A stretch of 36,178 nt of DNA, from assembly GCA_043381765.1 (NCBI GenBank), contig JBHJMP010000844.1:1-36178 (forward strand), in the 5' to 3' direction. This DNA is from Collodictyon triciliatum. Lineage: Eukaryota. Below, one piece after another: positions 10,901-23,800 of this stretch. The notes beneath the pieces are model-generated. The model saw nothing but the letters and a program-made list of their open reading frames with translations, searched no databases and was not told the DNA's origin. Each line of letters opens with the position of its first letter. Within the stretch, counting starts at the first letter, position 1. The position numbers and the translations under genes were made by a program.

Positions 10901-13900
10901 AAATGACATAATATCTCATTTATAGTATACATAAGACCAAGTGAAGTATGATTTTGAACAAATTCGTCTATGAATAAATTTGATAAGAAAAATTGAATCA
11001 AATAGCTGTTCAATTCTATCAAAAAAGAAGGAACCCGCCAAAAAGATAAAAGATGAATTCCATCCATAGCTGCTTCATTACATATCACATAAACATATCC
11101 AGGTGTTTATTCATTTTCCTATTCTTTGTTTGCATTAGGTCATAAGAGATTTTATTATTTCAATTTTGCTCATCTAATATTATTTTGATTCTCCATTTGT
11201 ACAAGTTTCTTAACGATGGTGGTACAGAATCATAAAAATGTATTTCATAAACCCACCGCCATCGAGATATGAGTTTTGAGGGATGGAATAACACAAAATT
11301 TTGTCAAAGTGAGTGAATAAGGAAGGATTTATATACTTTCGCTTTTCTGTATATTTTTATGTCCGTATAGATCTGTTTCTTTCCTTATCATTTCAAGAAT
11401 TCTGCTCTCTGAAGATAAATATGGATTCTACAATTCTGTAGCTGTGTATTGGTTGGATATATTTCCATGGCTGCTTTGGATGAGAATGATTGCAAACGCA
11501 GCAAAGACATCGCTTAACTGAATGTTTTTTCCATCAAAATATTTTTTCTTTTTTGACAGATAATCTGATTCTCTTTTCATAAAAAAGAATAAGTATAAAC
11601 TCGAATAACAATTGAAGCTCTTTAGCCTAATTTTTCATATTTTTTTTGCATTTCATTTTTATTAGCGGAAAAGGCATGGACATGTAATCATAAAAAAATG
11701 TCATTTGAATGGAATTAGATCAATTTAGTCCGAGAGTACAGGGTTGAGATTGCTATGATAAATCAAAAAAAATAAAAAAAAATCGCGAGTGATTATAGCA
11801 ATATTATCCGTGCACAGATATATCCAAGTTTATTCTGGTAAAAAGAAATCAAAAGCAGAATTATTCTTACGTTGACATATTTTGTGTGTATGTGTTTTTT
11901 TTTCCGATTTTGTTAAGTGTGTCGTTCTCAGATAATTACTCTACACATCTCCCTTTTATTTTAGCCTTGGTCTTATACGGATGTGATTTTTATATTTTCA
12001 TCTTTTATCTTTCTCCAAAACATGTCCCAAGCGACCTGCTGAGATTTCCTGACCTTGCAACATGTAGTAATTGTTTATGTTCGCTGCTGATAAAGGTAAA
12101 AGAACGGAATTTATTGTGAGAAATACACACAGATAAAGGTATTGACAACCTGTATAAAAGCTACGATATAATGAATATTTTCTAGTGAATAACTTTATCG
12201 TTATGCGAAAAAAATGGTGATAATTGGGGAAAATCTGACATCGTTGAAAAAAGAACCATTTGATTTCGTAGGGGCAGGAAATTGAATCTACAAACATCAT
12301 TTGGAGCACATGCAGAGTTGGGTGCCTCATATCAGTCCGTTTAAAAAAAACCGCTGGTTTATCGCTTTGCTTTTTCTTTCTTTTTTGTGATGAAATTAAT
12401 AGTGCATTTATTTATTAAACAAGAAAGAGCAAATATTGAAAACTAGAGTCATATGAAATGAAAAGAAATAGCGACCCTTATTCGTAAATCTTGTTTTGAG
12501 GAATGGGATTTGATATGTATTCATGGTTTTTGAAATCGATTTTGTGAAGCAAGTGATTCTAAAAATAACGGTATATAATCCTAAAACCGTCATATTCAGC
12601 ATTCAAATAGTCGTGGTGTTTTACTTTATTTTATTGTACTGCTTATCAACTTCATAATCAACATTTTTTCATACTGTATATTCTCTTTTTGAAATGAAAA
12701 TACTTTGGTCTTACGGTTTTTTCTGGGTGACATACATCACCATTCAGAATTTTGCAATCATTCTAATGAAGTGAGTATCATGGGACGCTCCATTCACTTC
12801 TCTGTGTGCAGTTTAAGCGCTCGTATGAATAAATGTGCTAGGTATAACATAAAAATATTAAACATAACAATTGCATAATCCCTTGATAATACTGTTTGAA
12901 TATTTGACGCATCTAGTTAATAAAAGCTCAAACTAGCCAATTTTTTGCATTAAATAAGAGATATAATGTTCTATTTCTATAAAAGAGAGCGATTGGATAT
13001 ATATTGAAGAGAATATCAAGAAATGAAAAAAAAAGTGGCTCTCAACTTGCGTTTCTTTAGACAATCAGGTTTTCTGTCAAGACAGCTACTTGTATTATTG
13101 ACTCGAATCGACTTCAATTTTGAATTTCAAAGCGCTGGTGCTCATTGAGTGACTCAAGGCAGGCATCACAATCTAACTACAGTGTTTGATTCAAAAGTAT
13201 CCATCAGAATTCACAGATTTAAGAACGCATTTAAAAAATCGACTATTCAATATTTTTAAAAAGCATGGCATAAGATGAAAGTCGTTGTATGGTGTGTGTT
13301 TGTTTGCTTGGTCATCGTGATATAAAAAAGGTTGTCATTTTTCGGTTACAGCTTCTTTTTTTTTTTTAAGCTGCGGCTGTCTGTGTTCTAGAGTTCACTT
13401 TAAAGATAACAATAAAATGAGTTAAGCTGAAGATACAATCAGTTGCATATTTTTCATTAGAGTCTGATTCATGCATATTTTGGAGTCGTTCAGTCTTCAA
13501 AACCTTCAAACTCTCAGAGAATTGCGCTGATTTTCGGCTGGCTCTTTATTGAGTTATGAAGGCATGCAAGATTTAAGCCCTGGCTTCTTGAGAAGATGCT
13601 ATGAATTTTTTTGAAAATTAACAGCTTTACAGAACTCTCATAATTACTACTAAGAGCGTAAACCTTATAAACGCATTCTTTGGTGCATACTCTGCAAGAA
13701 AGGTAAAAATTATAATAGTAAAATAGAGTTTTTTTTGAAACTATACACTGGTTGGATTTGATTGATTGAATTTACCTGTACATATTCTGCTATTCAGAGC
13801 ATTTCTTTGAAACTAATATGTAAACATCATTTGGTTCGGACTCATGATGACTTATAAATCAATAAGCCTTAAAAAAAATGGAATATGAAGGAGAAAAAAT

Positions 13901-16900
13901 CGTGGCTCGGGAGATAGCCGAGAAGCCAAAGATGTGGATATGAGGCACTCAACTGACCAAGCAGGAACGAGAGGTGTGTCTGGAGACAAACAACTCAGTA
14001 TCAGGGAAGAGAGGAATCGTAGTGAGCAGAGACAAAAATTAAGATATGCTATAGAGCAGGATGGTGTATTATTTGACACAAAAAATGGTTCATAAGTAAA
14101 TATAAAAGATTCCAAGAAGTGACAAAAACAAAGCATAAATAGAAAAAGGAAAAGAAAAAAACTAATCCTAATGAGCTCAGGCATTGGAACAAAACATACC
14201 TTCAGTTTATTTGATATCTTTTTTTCGGCCGGGTTCAAAGATGAGTCGGAAATGTCTAATGATTTAATTTCAAGGCATGTGACAACCTGCATAGAAAATT
14301 ATAAGAAAAGAGGGGAGCGCAACACATAGTCGCAGGTGTCAACATTTTCCATCTTCACTCTTTTAGCAAACAAAAAGAAAAGTGGCATATAATTAGCAAG
14401 CTCACAAGCTCGCAAGTTTTTAGGGTAATTTGATTTACCATAAAGTATAAACATAAAGCTTAAATGCGAACATACAACACTAAAAGACCGAATGACAACA
14501 TATGATCTTACAGAAAAAGAAAACCCATATCAATCACACATATCATTCTCTTGATGGAAGCACTTTAAAAAGCTTGGCATGAATCTTTCTTTAATTGCCT
14601 CGAGGCATGTATGTTACTGGAAACAATACCGAGTAAGACAGCTGCAACTTAGCTTTGTGTCTGTCGGGGAACTTAATGCACTCTTTCAGGAATCATACCT
14701 GTCCCACGAACCTTGCTGTCTATATTTATTGATGCATACATAGGCAAGGCTCGGATGGAATACACAGGTGGATTATATCAAATGAAAAAGCATGTGAAAT
14801 AAAAACATAGATGAAAACAGTAAAAGAAATGGGGTTTGAAAGAGGAATTTCTTCGTAATATTTCAAAAGGAAAGTATAAGTAAAAACCTTGTTTGAGTGG
14901 GTGTTCACTCAAATTTGTGAGAAATAAGATATTATTTCACTTCTATGCGTGAGTATACATCACAAAGTGGTCGCCATCTAGACTGCTCATTGTCATCGAG
15001 AGCCCATGCGTAATACAAACAGTCTTTGTGCACGACATTAACGAATAATCAAGAGTAATATTCGTAACATTTTAAATTTCAGCATTATTTACATTCAAAC
15101 AATGGCAAAATTTGTAGGAGCGTAGCCTTTTTATTTTTTTTCAAAGTATGCAAATAGCATGTTAAAAAACACTGGACAGTCGACTTTTTCATCCTCCCGG
15201 CTATCGCTGCTGCCTCGACAAACACAGTCTTTTCGGGTAAAGGAATAATGGGTTACCATGGCGATATCAAAATATATTCAAAAGTAAAAATACTTTGCTG
15301 CATCATTAGCCGCCTGTTTAGTCTTACTTATTAATACGAACTGGTGTTGATTCTTACAATTTGAACACTCGCAGGCCAGGCGAAATGCGCTAGTAGAGAA
15401 CTGCTCATGCAAAGACTCCACCGACTCTTGCTCGTACCGCAGGAACAACAGTCTGGTTTCATAGCTCATCTGGGATTGCCATTATGAGAAGAATAAGAAA
15501 CTGATAATACCTGCAGCATAAACCATTGGTATATTTATCAGTGAGGTTTCACAATTAAATAATACATGATACTTATATCAAACACATGACACTCACACGG
15601 CTGAGGGCTGCGTTGTTGTTCCAGACTATCTTTCCAGCGGGGGCGGATTATCGTCTCATATCAAACAAATGGCGGCTGAATGATTCAAAAAGCTACTGTT
15701 GCTGTTGCTCAGTCGTAATTATATGCTTACTATGCGGTAAAGGAAAGAGTTTTTGCTGTGAAGTTGGCGTGGAGAAAATAAGAAAAAAAAAGCTTTTATG
15801 ATGTGCAAATGTAAAGAAAAAAGCGCACGTTGTGCTTAAAGATAGAGGGAAACGTTGTTTTAGGTTGGGAACGAAAAAAAAAGTGAAACTGTAAAACTTC
15901 GTTTGCATATGTATTGCGTGTGCCTAACCTGCGCCGACATGTCCGACACTGAGCGGGATGAGTACAACTGTGCAGCAGAGTTGGTCGCTCATGATTTGCT
16001 GCGAATCTGACGTATTTTCATGCTGTGTTATGCTGAGAGCTGGATAAGACTGCTCTTTGTGCTTCGCTCTGTCTATGTTCGGCTTGATCGTCTCTGCATT
16101 CTTTCTTTTGGAAAATGTATTCGCAACTTCTGATGTACACAATAACTCAATGCATGTATTTCATTTATAAATGATGCATAGCATCTATTCACACAGCAGC
16201 CATTCTTCTGCAAAATATGAAAGATAGAAAGAGCCAACGAGAAGATAGAATAGAAAAAAGGCTGGTTTTGCAAGAAATCCTGCTGTGAGTGGCCTGTCGC
16301 CCAACTTTTGCCTGTTTATGACACCATCAGATAAAAGTATTGAAGTGTCTCATTGAACCAGTCAGCTATTGAGTCGACAAGAACATATATATGAAACTGG
16401 CGATAAAAGAAAATGTATCAAGCGGAAAAGGTTCGCCATAAAACTGCAAGTATTATGAATTCAGTTAACCAATAAGAGATAAAAAATGAGATTGTTACTT
16501 TCCAAAATATAAACCCGAGCAATATGGCCTTTTTTTTCACAACATCCTTAATCATCCAGATAGAATGCGCCAAACTTCACATAAAGCTGGGAAGAAATGT
16601 CAGGAATCCTGTAAATAAGACTATTGGAAAGATGTGGGTATGAGTTTTCGAGGTGGAAATCAGTCATTAAACAGCGTGAATAGATGGTGGTGTCCTCATT
16701 TGTATTTAAGTAGATACGGAAATGTTTTGACGCAAATAGATATGAAACCACACTTGTGCACATCAGTGAATCAAAAATGTAGCTAAAAAGATATTGAGAG
16801 ACAATGCATAATTTTGCGTACAAACAAAGAATCTAAAAACGTGTGACTCTAAGTATGTGTGAATAGCATCAGTAAAACACAAACTACCCAAAAAAATCAA

Positions 16901-18649
16901 TTTATGGACAAAGAATGTCTTCATCTCTGTTTTATTTTTTACCGGCAAAATTGTGAGGGACACCAAGAAACTGACATATCCATAAAACTGGCAAAACAGT
17001 TAAAGATACTTGCAAAGATACCAACCTTTGAAGACATGCACTTTATATTTTTGAAAGTATTCTGAAAGTAGACCCATATTATAAGACTTCGCCGAACCCG
17101 CTGCAATTTTCAGCACCAACACAATTACTATCAATCAAATATATTCAAGCTACATATAAACGGAACTTGAGACAAATATTTGTAACGACGAAGCGATGCA
17201 AAAGAGGTTTGCAAGAATTAGTTTTCACATGAATGTATTTCAGCTTTTGTTTTTTACATACTTTCATTAAACAATCATGTTCTTTCATGTAAACCAACCT
17301 GAGGCCTGACGACTTGGACGAATTGTGACTGAAAAATCTGGAGACATGTGCCGGTGATTCTGGTTCGAAGCAAAAAAAAAGCCTTCTTTTTATATATTTG
17401 CATATTTCGCGCCTTCATTATAAAAATTAATCACTAATTGGATATTGTAGGTATCTAGTTAATAAAATTAAGTGTTTATGATAATGACACTTCTCAAGGC
17501 TTGTGGCGAACCAGGATTTTCAGAAGGAAATTTAAAAAAAGTTAATATGTTGTGTTTCCAAGTAACAGTGAAACAGCTGGCGGACACATCTGAATGCAGT
17601 TACCTTCATGGATTTCGTTTCAAAAAAAATGTGCGCTTCAATCCAATTGCGTTATTGCATTCGCATCGTTACACAGAGACCCCTCTGAAAAACGGTTATT
17701 TGTTGCAGATGCAAAATGATTAAAATATCTATGATATCTGAATTCTGCTAGAAAAAGCCAAAATCAAAAAATCAAAAAAAGAAAAACTTACCGCTTTACC
17801 ACAACATCACTTCACTCAAGAAATTTTGAAGTAATTTTTTACTATGTTATACGCAAATTCCTGATAGTTAAAGAAGATTTTATTTGTTTTTTGAATATTC
17901 AAAGCAATAAAATAATGATAAAAACGGAAAAAAGCAAGGCCTCCAAGTTTTTCGAATGATTGGATAAAACCCTAAGCCATGTCTCCAGACCCCTCTGGTT
18001 GTAATTTTTTTAAAAGGAAATCTCCAGCGCAGGCAGAGGAAGGAGACTCCATAGAAATTATTAGGATGGAATATGGAATGTCTCAAAGTAATGGTATCCC
18101 AAACCTCTTCATCTGTTTACTGCCATATTTCTGGGCTAGGCTCAAGTGAAAGAATGAATAATAGAGCGGTTCGTTCTGACTCAATTAAATCGCCTTATGT
18201 GCAAAGAAATATGATATATCGTTGAAACAGAAAACTTATTTTGGATTGGCTTTTAAAATTATTATTATTATATCACCTTGCAACATAGGTATGTGACTTC
18301 ATCTCAACCAACGAACATGCTCTTGGATATGAATCTGAACCTGTTGAACTAACTATTTTTTTGGTATTAAATATAGACATTAGCAAACTTTGAGCTGCCG
18401 ATAGGCGACCAACCCAGTGGCGCATTTCTCTGTGCGTGCAATATTGTCTTCAGCGCCTTCACAAGAATAAGATCGATCATACACTATGTGGTATATTTTG
18501 ATGTTTGGGTTTTTTTAACTCGTTTTTTTGTCCTGGACACGGCACCTCTTTCTGCTCGCCTTTACTTGCAACGCCGAAAGCCTTTCACAAAAGTCATCAC
18601 GTCCTTTCAAAAGACACACTTCATCTTTTCAGTTTCACTTCAAAATAAA

Positions 18650-18721
18650 ATGCAAATACACAGCCCCTACCTACAGATAATCATCATCACATGGAATCAC
18701 AGCAAGCGCTTGATTAACTGA
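18650..18721 (+). pseudogene. Possible N-terminal fragment of a LINE ORF2 APE endonuclease
   Basis: Reads MQIHSPYLQIIIITWNHSKRLIN*, resembling the 'L.IITWNV.GL' start of APE domains. It is A/C-rich and followed by an A-rich tract. The match is very short. Confidence 0.2.
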
Positions 18722-19340
18722 TGAACAAAAAAAAAATGGAAATAAATTCAAAAAAAAAGGAAAAAGGTGAAAAAAACCGAAAGAAAGACGAAAGCTGATT
18801 ATCTTTTACATATCTGGAATATATAATACAAAGCCACTTATTTCGTCACGTGACCACAAAACACGATAAAGTAGACAGAAAATGCAACCAATCTACTACA
18901 ATATGAGATCATGTTGGTATAACCTCCCGCATTTTTTCTACGTTTCGAATAATGTTTTTCTTATTCAGATCACACTTTGTGTCGCATACAGCTATTCGAT
19001 TTGTATAGATGGGGTTTCTCTTCAAAGAGTAAATCGTTCGTTTGCTTGTGACTTGAGAACGCCTCCAGCCTTCAAAGCTGCCTTGACGGTCAGGTCAGTC
19101 GGCTACATCGGCCTCGGGGTTGTTTTTTTTTATGCTTTCCTTAGCCAAAGTTAGTTGAAGTGTTTTCGGTGTTTTTCTTTCTTTTGATAATTTATTTTTG
19201 TTTTACTTTTCTAGTCTGTTTTAGTTTTCGGGTGCGTGTCATAGTCTGGGTCAGGACGGCAACTGAAAGCCTTGTTTGAATTACTTTCAGAGCAATGCTT
19301 GAGTTATTATAAAGGTTGCGAAAAAAACTCTTAAACTTTA

Positions 19341-20178
19341 GGCTTCGCAAGTTGCGGCTAATTCATCTGGTTCCAACGCTGGCGCAGGAAAATCCCGAGT
19401 TTCACGTAAGTCTAAGAAGACCCGTGTATGGAAGCCGCCTGCAAGTCTGTCTGAGCGGACGGTATTTTTGAACGGGTCGAGCGAGTCGTTTACAACAAGA
19501 ATAAGGCTCGCAGACTCACAAATGCGCTCGCCTCCCTCTTGAAAGCGAACAAACTTTGGAAGAGTCCATCCAATTGCGCTTACTGGACAGCGAAGGCCTT
19601 TGCCTGATTGCCTTTCGCACTGCAGAGAACGCCCGAAAGCTTCTGGAACTGAAGCAGGTAAGTTTGATAGATATTACGATCGGCTTCAGCAGAAAAGCTA
19701 ACAAAGACCTCGGTGATGCTCTACCAACTACTGCTGGACGTGTGGCTGCAACTCCTTCGTGAAAAGCTGAAGCCGTTCAGACCGACCCACGTGGAGATCA
19801 AAAATGAGAAAGGTTTATTTACAGACGCGGCCTTGGTAAAGCTTCTTTGTCACAAGAACCAGCTCCCTGCAAAGTTTACGGTCATGAGTAAAAAGTGTCC
19901 GAAGCGCATCCCCAAAGAGCGTCCGCCAGCCGCGAACAACGAAGATAAGTAAAAACCCCGCAAAATAGAATACACCTGCCAAGCAGATAAGCAGCGATGG
20001 GGTCAAGGAAGCCAAGGCCAGGCAACAACAGAGTCTACAAGACTCACAGCAGATACGCGTATTCAGCGACAGCGACGATGACATGGAAGGAAATCTCGGT
20101 TCCTCTTCAGCATCTTAGCACTCGACCACTTCACCGCCAACATCGGGCAAGCCCACACATCGCAAGACACAAGAGCTG
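19341..20178 (+). mobile_element. Degenerate LINE ORF1-like relic, copy A
   Basis: Homologous throughout to the reverse complement of 34449-35287. Joining frames gives LCLIAFRTAENARKLLELKQVSLIDITIGF...TSVMLYQL.LDVWLQLLREKLKPFRPTHVEIKNEKGLFTDAALVKLLCHKNQLPAKFTVM, which fits the tandem RRM-like pattern of L1/Tx1 ORF1 proteins. It has no introns and several frameshifts. The repeat itself is certain; the ORF1 assignment is by pattern only. Confidence 0.7.
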
Positions 20179-20646
20179 CGCATCTCCTCAACTATCAGTC
20201 TTGAATACAGATAGCAGGCGCTACAGTGTTCGACGCTCATTTATAGTTTTTTTTTGTTGGGGAACATGTATCTCTCCTTGCCATCCAAACATGCACTTTC
20301 TTTTAATATCATTTATCCTCAATATTTCCACTTGCGAAGCACAAATAATCCAGGCATCTAAAAAATTCCCACTGTTCCATCTAATGCTCACATATTTTCT
20401 TGTGGGTTGCGATGCTGTATCACTTTTTTTTTTAACAATAGAATGCCGCAAAGCTAAGCAATTAAACAGAAAGTAATAGAAAACAACCAAATACTATTCT
20501 GCATTTTTTTCCTGTGCTCATGTTGTGCCCAAGAGGAAAAAAATGAAAACAAACGGCCCATATTATAATGTTTGGGTAGTGGATTACTTCTGAAGAAGTA
20601 GAAATAGGTTCTTCCTTTCATCAAGTGCTTTACTATCATTTGTAAT

Positions 20647-20674
20647 CAAAACAAAACAAAACAAAAACAAAAAC
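20647..20674 (+). repeat. Short (CAAAA/CAAAAA)n microsatellite downstream of the receptor stop codon
   Basis: The sequence caaaacaaaacaaaacaaaaacaaaaac is directly visible. Confidence 0.8.
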
Positions 20675-20804
20675 ACAGAAACTGTGAGTTCTTGGCTTCT
20701 AACCCCAAGACAGCAGTGAAAAGATTCTGTTTTATTCCAATCTCGGTGTCCATTGAGCACGTATTCATTCACCGCAACGCAAAGACCTTTGGCTGTGGCG
20801 CATC

Positions 20805-23800
20805 CTACGCAGACAGCTCATCCTCCACCATCGAAAATGACGGCCTCTTTTCTGGGTCAGCATCCCAACAACGCTTCATCAGCGCAGAGGGTGATGCGTT
20901 CATGTGCTTCGGTATTGCTGGGCGCAATCCGTTTGTCACCTCGAAAGCCAGCTTGAGCGGGTCCACATCGGTGTAAGGCTTTTGTCGAGAGGCAACTTCC
21001 CAGGTGAGGATAGCGAAGCTGTAGACATCCTCTTTTTCGTTGTATTTGATGCCTTTCAATATCTGATAAGAATCGGAATGATTAAGGAGATGGTTATGTT
21101 CGGCGGGTATGCTTGTTTAATTGCCAGTTTTCAATCACACATACCGATACAATCGCTATGGAATAAATGAAAAGATGAAAAGGAATTGTCACTTCGTATA
21201 AATTTGTTATATGGTAACAACAAAAAGAAAAAAAGAAAAAAAGGAAGAGTTTCATATATTCTTTGGTCTCAGTCATCATCGATAAACTTTCAAATAAAAA
21301 CGAAGCAGGTTATTTTACTGATATTACCTCCGGAGCAATCCAGGCCTTTGTTCCACACTTTGTCATTGTTTGGTTATTGGCCTTCACACGAGCAAGTCCA
21401 AAGTCCCCGATTTTCGCAATGATGGGGTCGGTTTGGATAATCTGTTCGGATTGGCGTAGTGTGTACACAAAAGAATCAAAAGAATATACTTTCACTCTTC
21501 TTTATCATAGGCCTGAATTATAACGCTCCGAGAGCCCATCATAATATGATTTGTGGAAAAATATAAAGAGAAAAAACAATGTTATGTGTGATAACTTACC
21601 AAGACATTTTCACTTTTGAGGTCTCTGTGGTAAATAGGCGGTTGATGGTTATGCAAGTATCTCATCGCTCCAGCGATTTGGTGCAGGATTGATTTTTGGG
21701 TGTCATATGTAATTATATTCTATTTGTTTTCATGATATGATTATTTTAAATAAATGATGCATCGTGCACATTTTTGATTTTATAAACTGTTTGTTAGCTA
21801 TTATGGTTTCAAGTAATAAAAGATGAATATAAAAATATACGCTTGGTTCCATCAAGTGCTTCTTCAGGCTTCCAAAAGGTGCATATTCAATGACAAGGCA
21901 CAGATTCGGTTGCTCAAGACAGGCACCGTGGAATCGAAGGATATTGGGATGTTGAATTTCCCTGTAAAAAACGAATAAATTAAAAACTAGGGCACGATGA
22001 AAGAAAAAGAGCTGGAAATAGCCACATGTTTGATTAAATATCATAGTGTTCTTTCATATTATAAAAAATAATACCTCATCAGAATCACTTCAGACATAAG
22101 AGAATAGAGTTGTTTCTCAGCCATCTTTTGTCTAATAAACTTCTTGACTGCGACTTGGGTACCCGAGACTTCTCCCAAAAAGACGACTCCATAAGAGCCA
22201 GAACCAAGCTCGGTGGTGCTGATTTTGATATCCTCATGTCGCAACTGCCACGATACGGCCTTGAAAAGAAAAAAAAAGAGGAATACATACCGTCACACCT
22301 TTCTTGTACTGAATATGACATCTCACTTTGCTAATCTGATTGAATATCACGAGGCGCATGAAGTTGGACTAAAAATTAAGATATTCTAATACACATACCT
22401 CATTGTTAGAGGCATCTTCGGCTGAAGCTGTCTCCACAACTCCCAATAAATTTTGACTGGAACTGGATGCAAAGTATTCAGAACGGTCTCGCAGAATGTC
22501 CGAAGTTACCTACACCATTTTTTCCCCCAAAAAACGAAAGAGATTTAGAAATGTATTTTCTTCTTATTATGCCATATTAACAAATGTATCTATTAAGAAT
22601 ACAATTGATGTGTGAACCTCAAACAAGTGCATATGCGCTGGTAGTCCTTTCATCTCATGATACCCAAGGTCACGAATAATAGGGTTATTGACTAGTTCCA
22701 AGTCGTTGGATATAGCCTGAAAAGTGTTTGAATTAAATCCTTTTCTCCATTCCAAAAAAAAAAGACAAAGAAAATGACTTAACCGATTGAATGTAAACAT
22801 CAATGATTTCGTAACCCTAATTAATTTTACTAAAATATCTACATTATAAACATCTTCTCCGATGACAACTTGTCCTCCTTTAGGATGAGAGCCAATGCGC
22901 GCTGCAGTATTCACAACAGGTCCGTAGTAGTCCATGCGCCCAGTGATGGGGTCTTCACGGCAAAAAGGGTCTCCGATATGTATTCCCTTCATCATTATAA
23001 AGCATCGTTAGTTTTCTATAAAGTACCAACGTTTCATTCTCTATGTATCTTTTTTTTTTTTTTTGATATCGAATAAGTAGTTATAGTATACAAAAAAAAA
23101 TGTCCCACGATACCATTCGCACACGTATGCCTCGGAACAACATTCCTTTTGGAGTCCTTATAACTCCAGCTGAAGGGTGAGAAAATATTTTGTTTGGCCA
23201 ATCAACAAGCAAGAGCAATTCTTGAGCTTGAAGAGCAAAGTTCACAGCGTTGGTGACCTTCTCGAAGGCAATCATGAATGCATCTCCTTCCGTCTTCACC
23301 TCATATCCCTGGTTACGAAATTGGATTTATTTGAATGAATGGATAAAAAAATAGTTAAATACATTGCACATTGAGAGATATACTAGCGAAATAACCCATC
23401 AATCTAATTTTGACAGATGAGCACATAATCATGTATCTCCTTACCTTGTTTCTTTTGATAGCTTCTCGTATTATATCATTGTGGAGATTCAAGACCGTCA
23501 ACATGTCTTCAGGGTATTTATCCCAAAGGGAGGTAGAACTTTGAATGTCTGTGAAAATGAGAACCACAGTGCCTGTGGGTGCAACATCGTTCTGGACTCT
23601 GGACTTCCTCATAGAAGTGGAAAATGTAGTCGAAGACGCAGATTCTGGGCTCTTGCCTGCAATTTGCTTCAATACCTCACCAAAGTTTGGCCTGTCCATT
23701 GGATTCTGTGCCCAGCACCTCTCAGCAAGAAGGCGAAGAACAGGGATAAGCTCGTAAGTAGCCAGGAATTCAGGGCGCAACGAACCATCCGCCACACGCA

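Noticed and set aside
11480-11493. 14-nt match (tgagaatgattgca) to the minus strand near 32945-32958
   Set aside because: The match does not extend, and matches of this length are expected by chance in 36 kb of AT-rich DNA.
8200-12350. Scattered kelch-like words (PGRYG, VPRYG, PSRRLG) suggesting another decayed receptor gene
   Set aside because: They fall on both strands, lack GG motifs, and I could not build a consistent exon chain.
13852-14292. 146-aa minus-strand ORF
   Set aside because: It has a Phe/Leu/Ser-rich composition typical of the antisense shadow of a purine-rich strand and no recognisable motifs.
19997-20476. 159-aa plus-strand ORF
   Set aside because: It is an off-frame read-out from the ORF1 relic into AT-rich flank and is not conserved in copy B.
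22260-22398. Possible 45-nt micro-exon followed by a ~31-nt intron
   Set aside because: A single 139-nt intron keeps the frame and fits the intron sizes seen elsewhere in the window.
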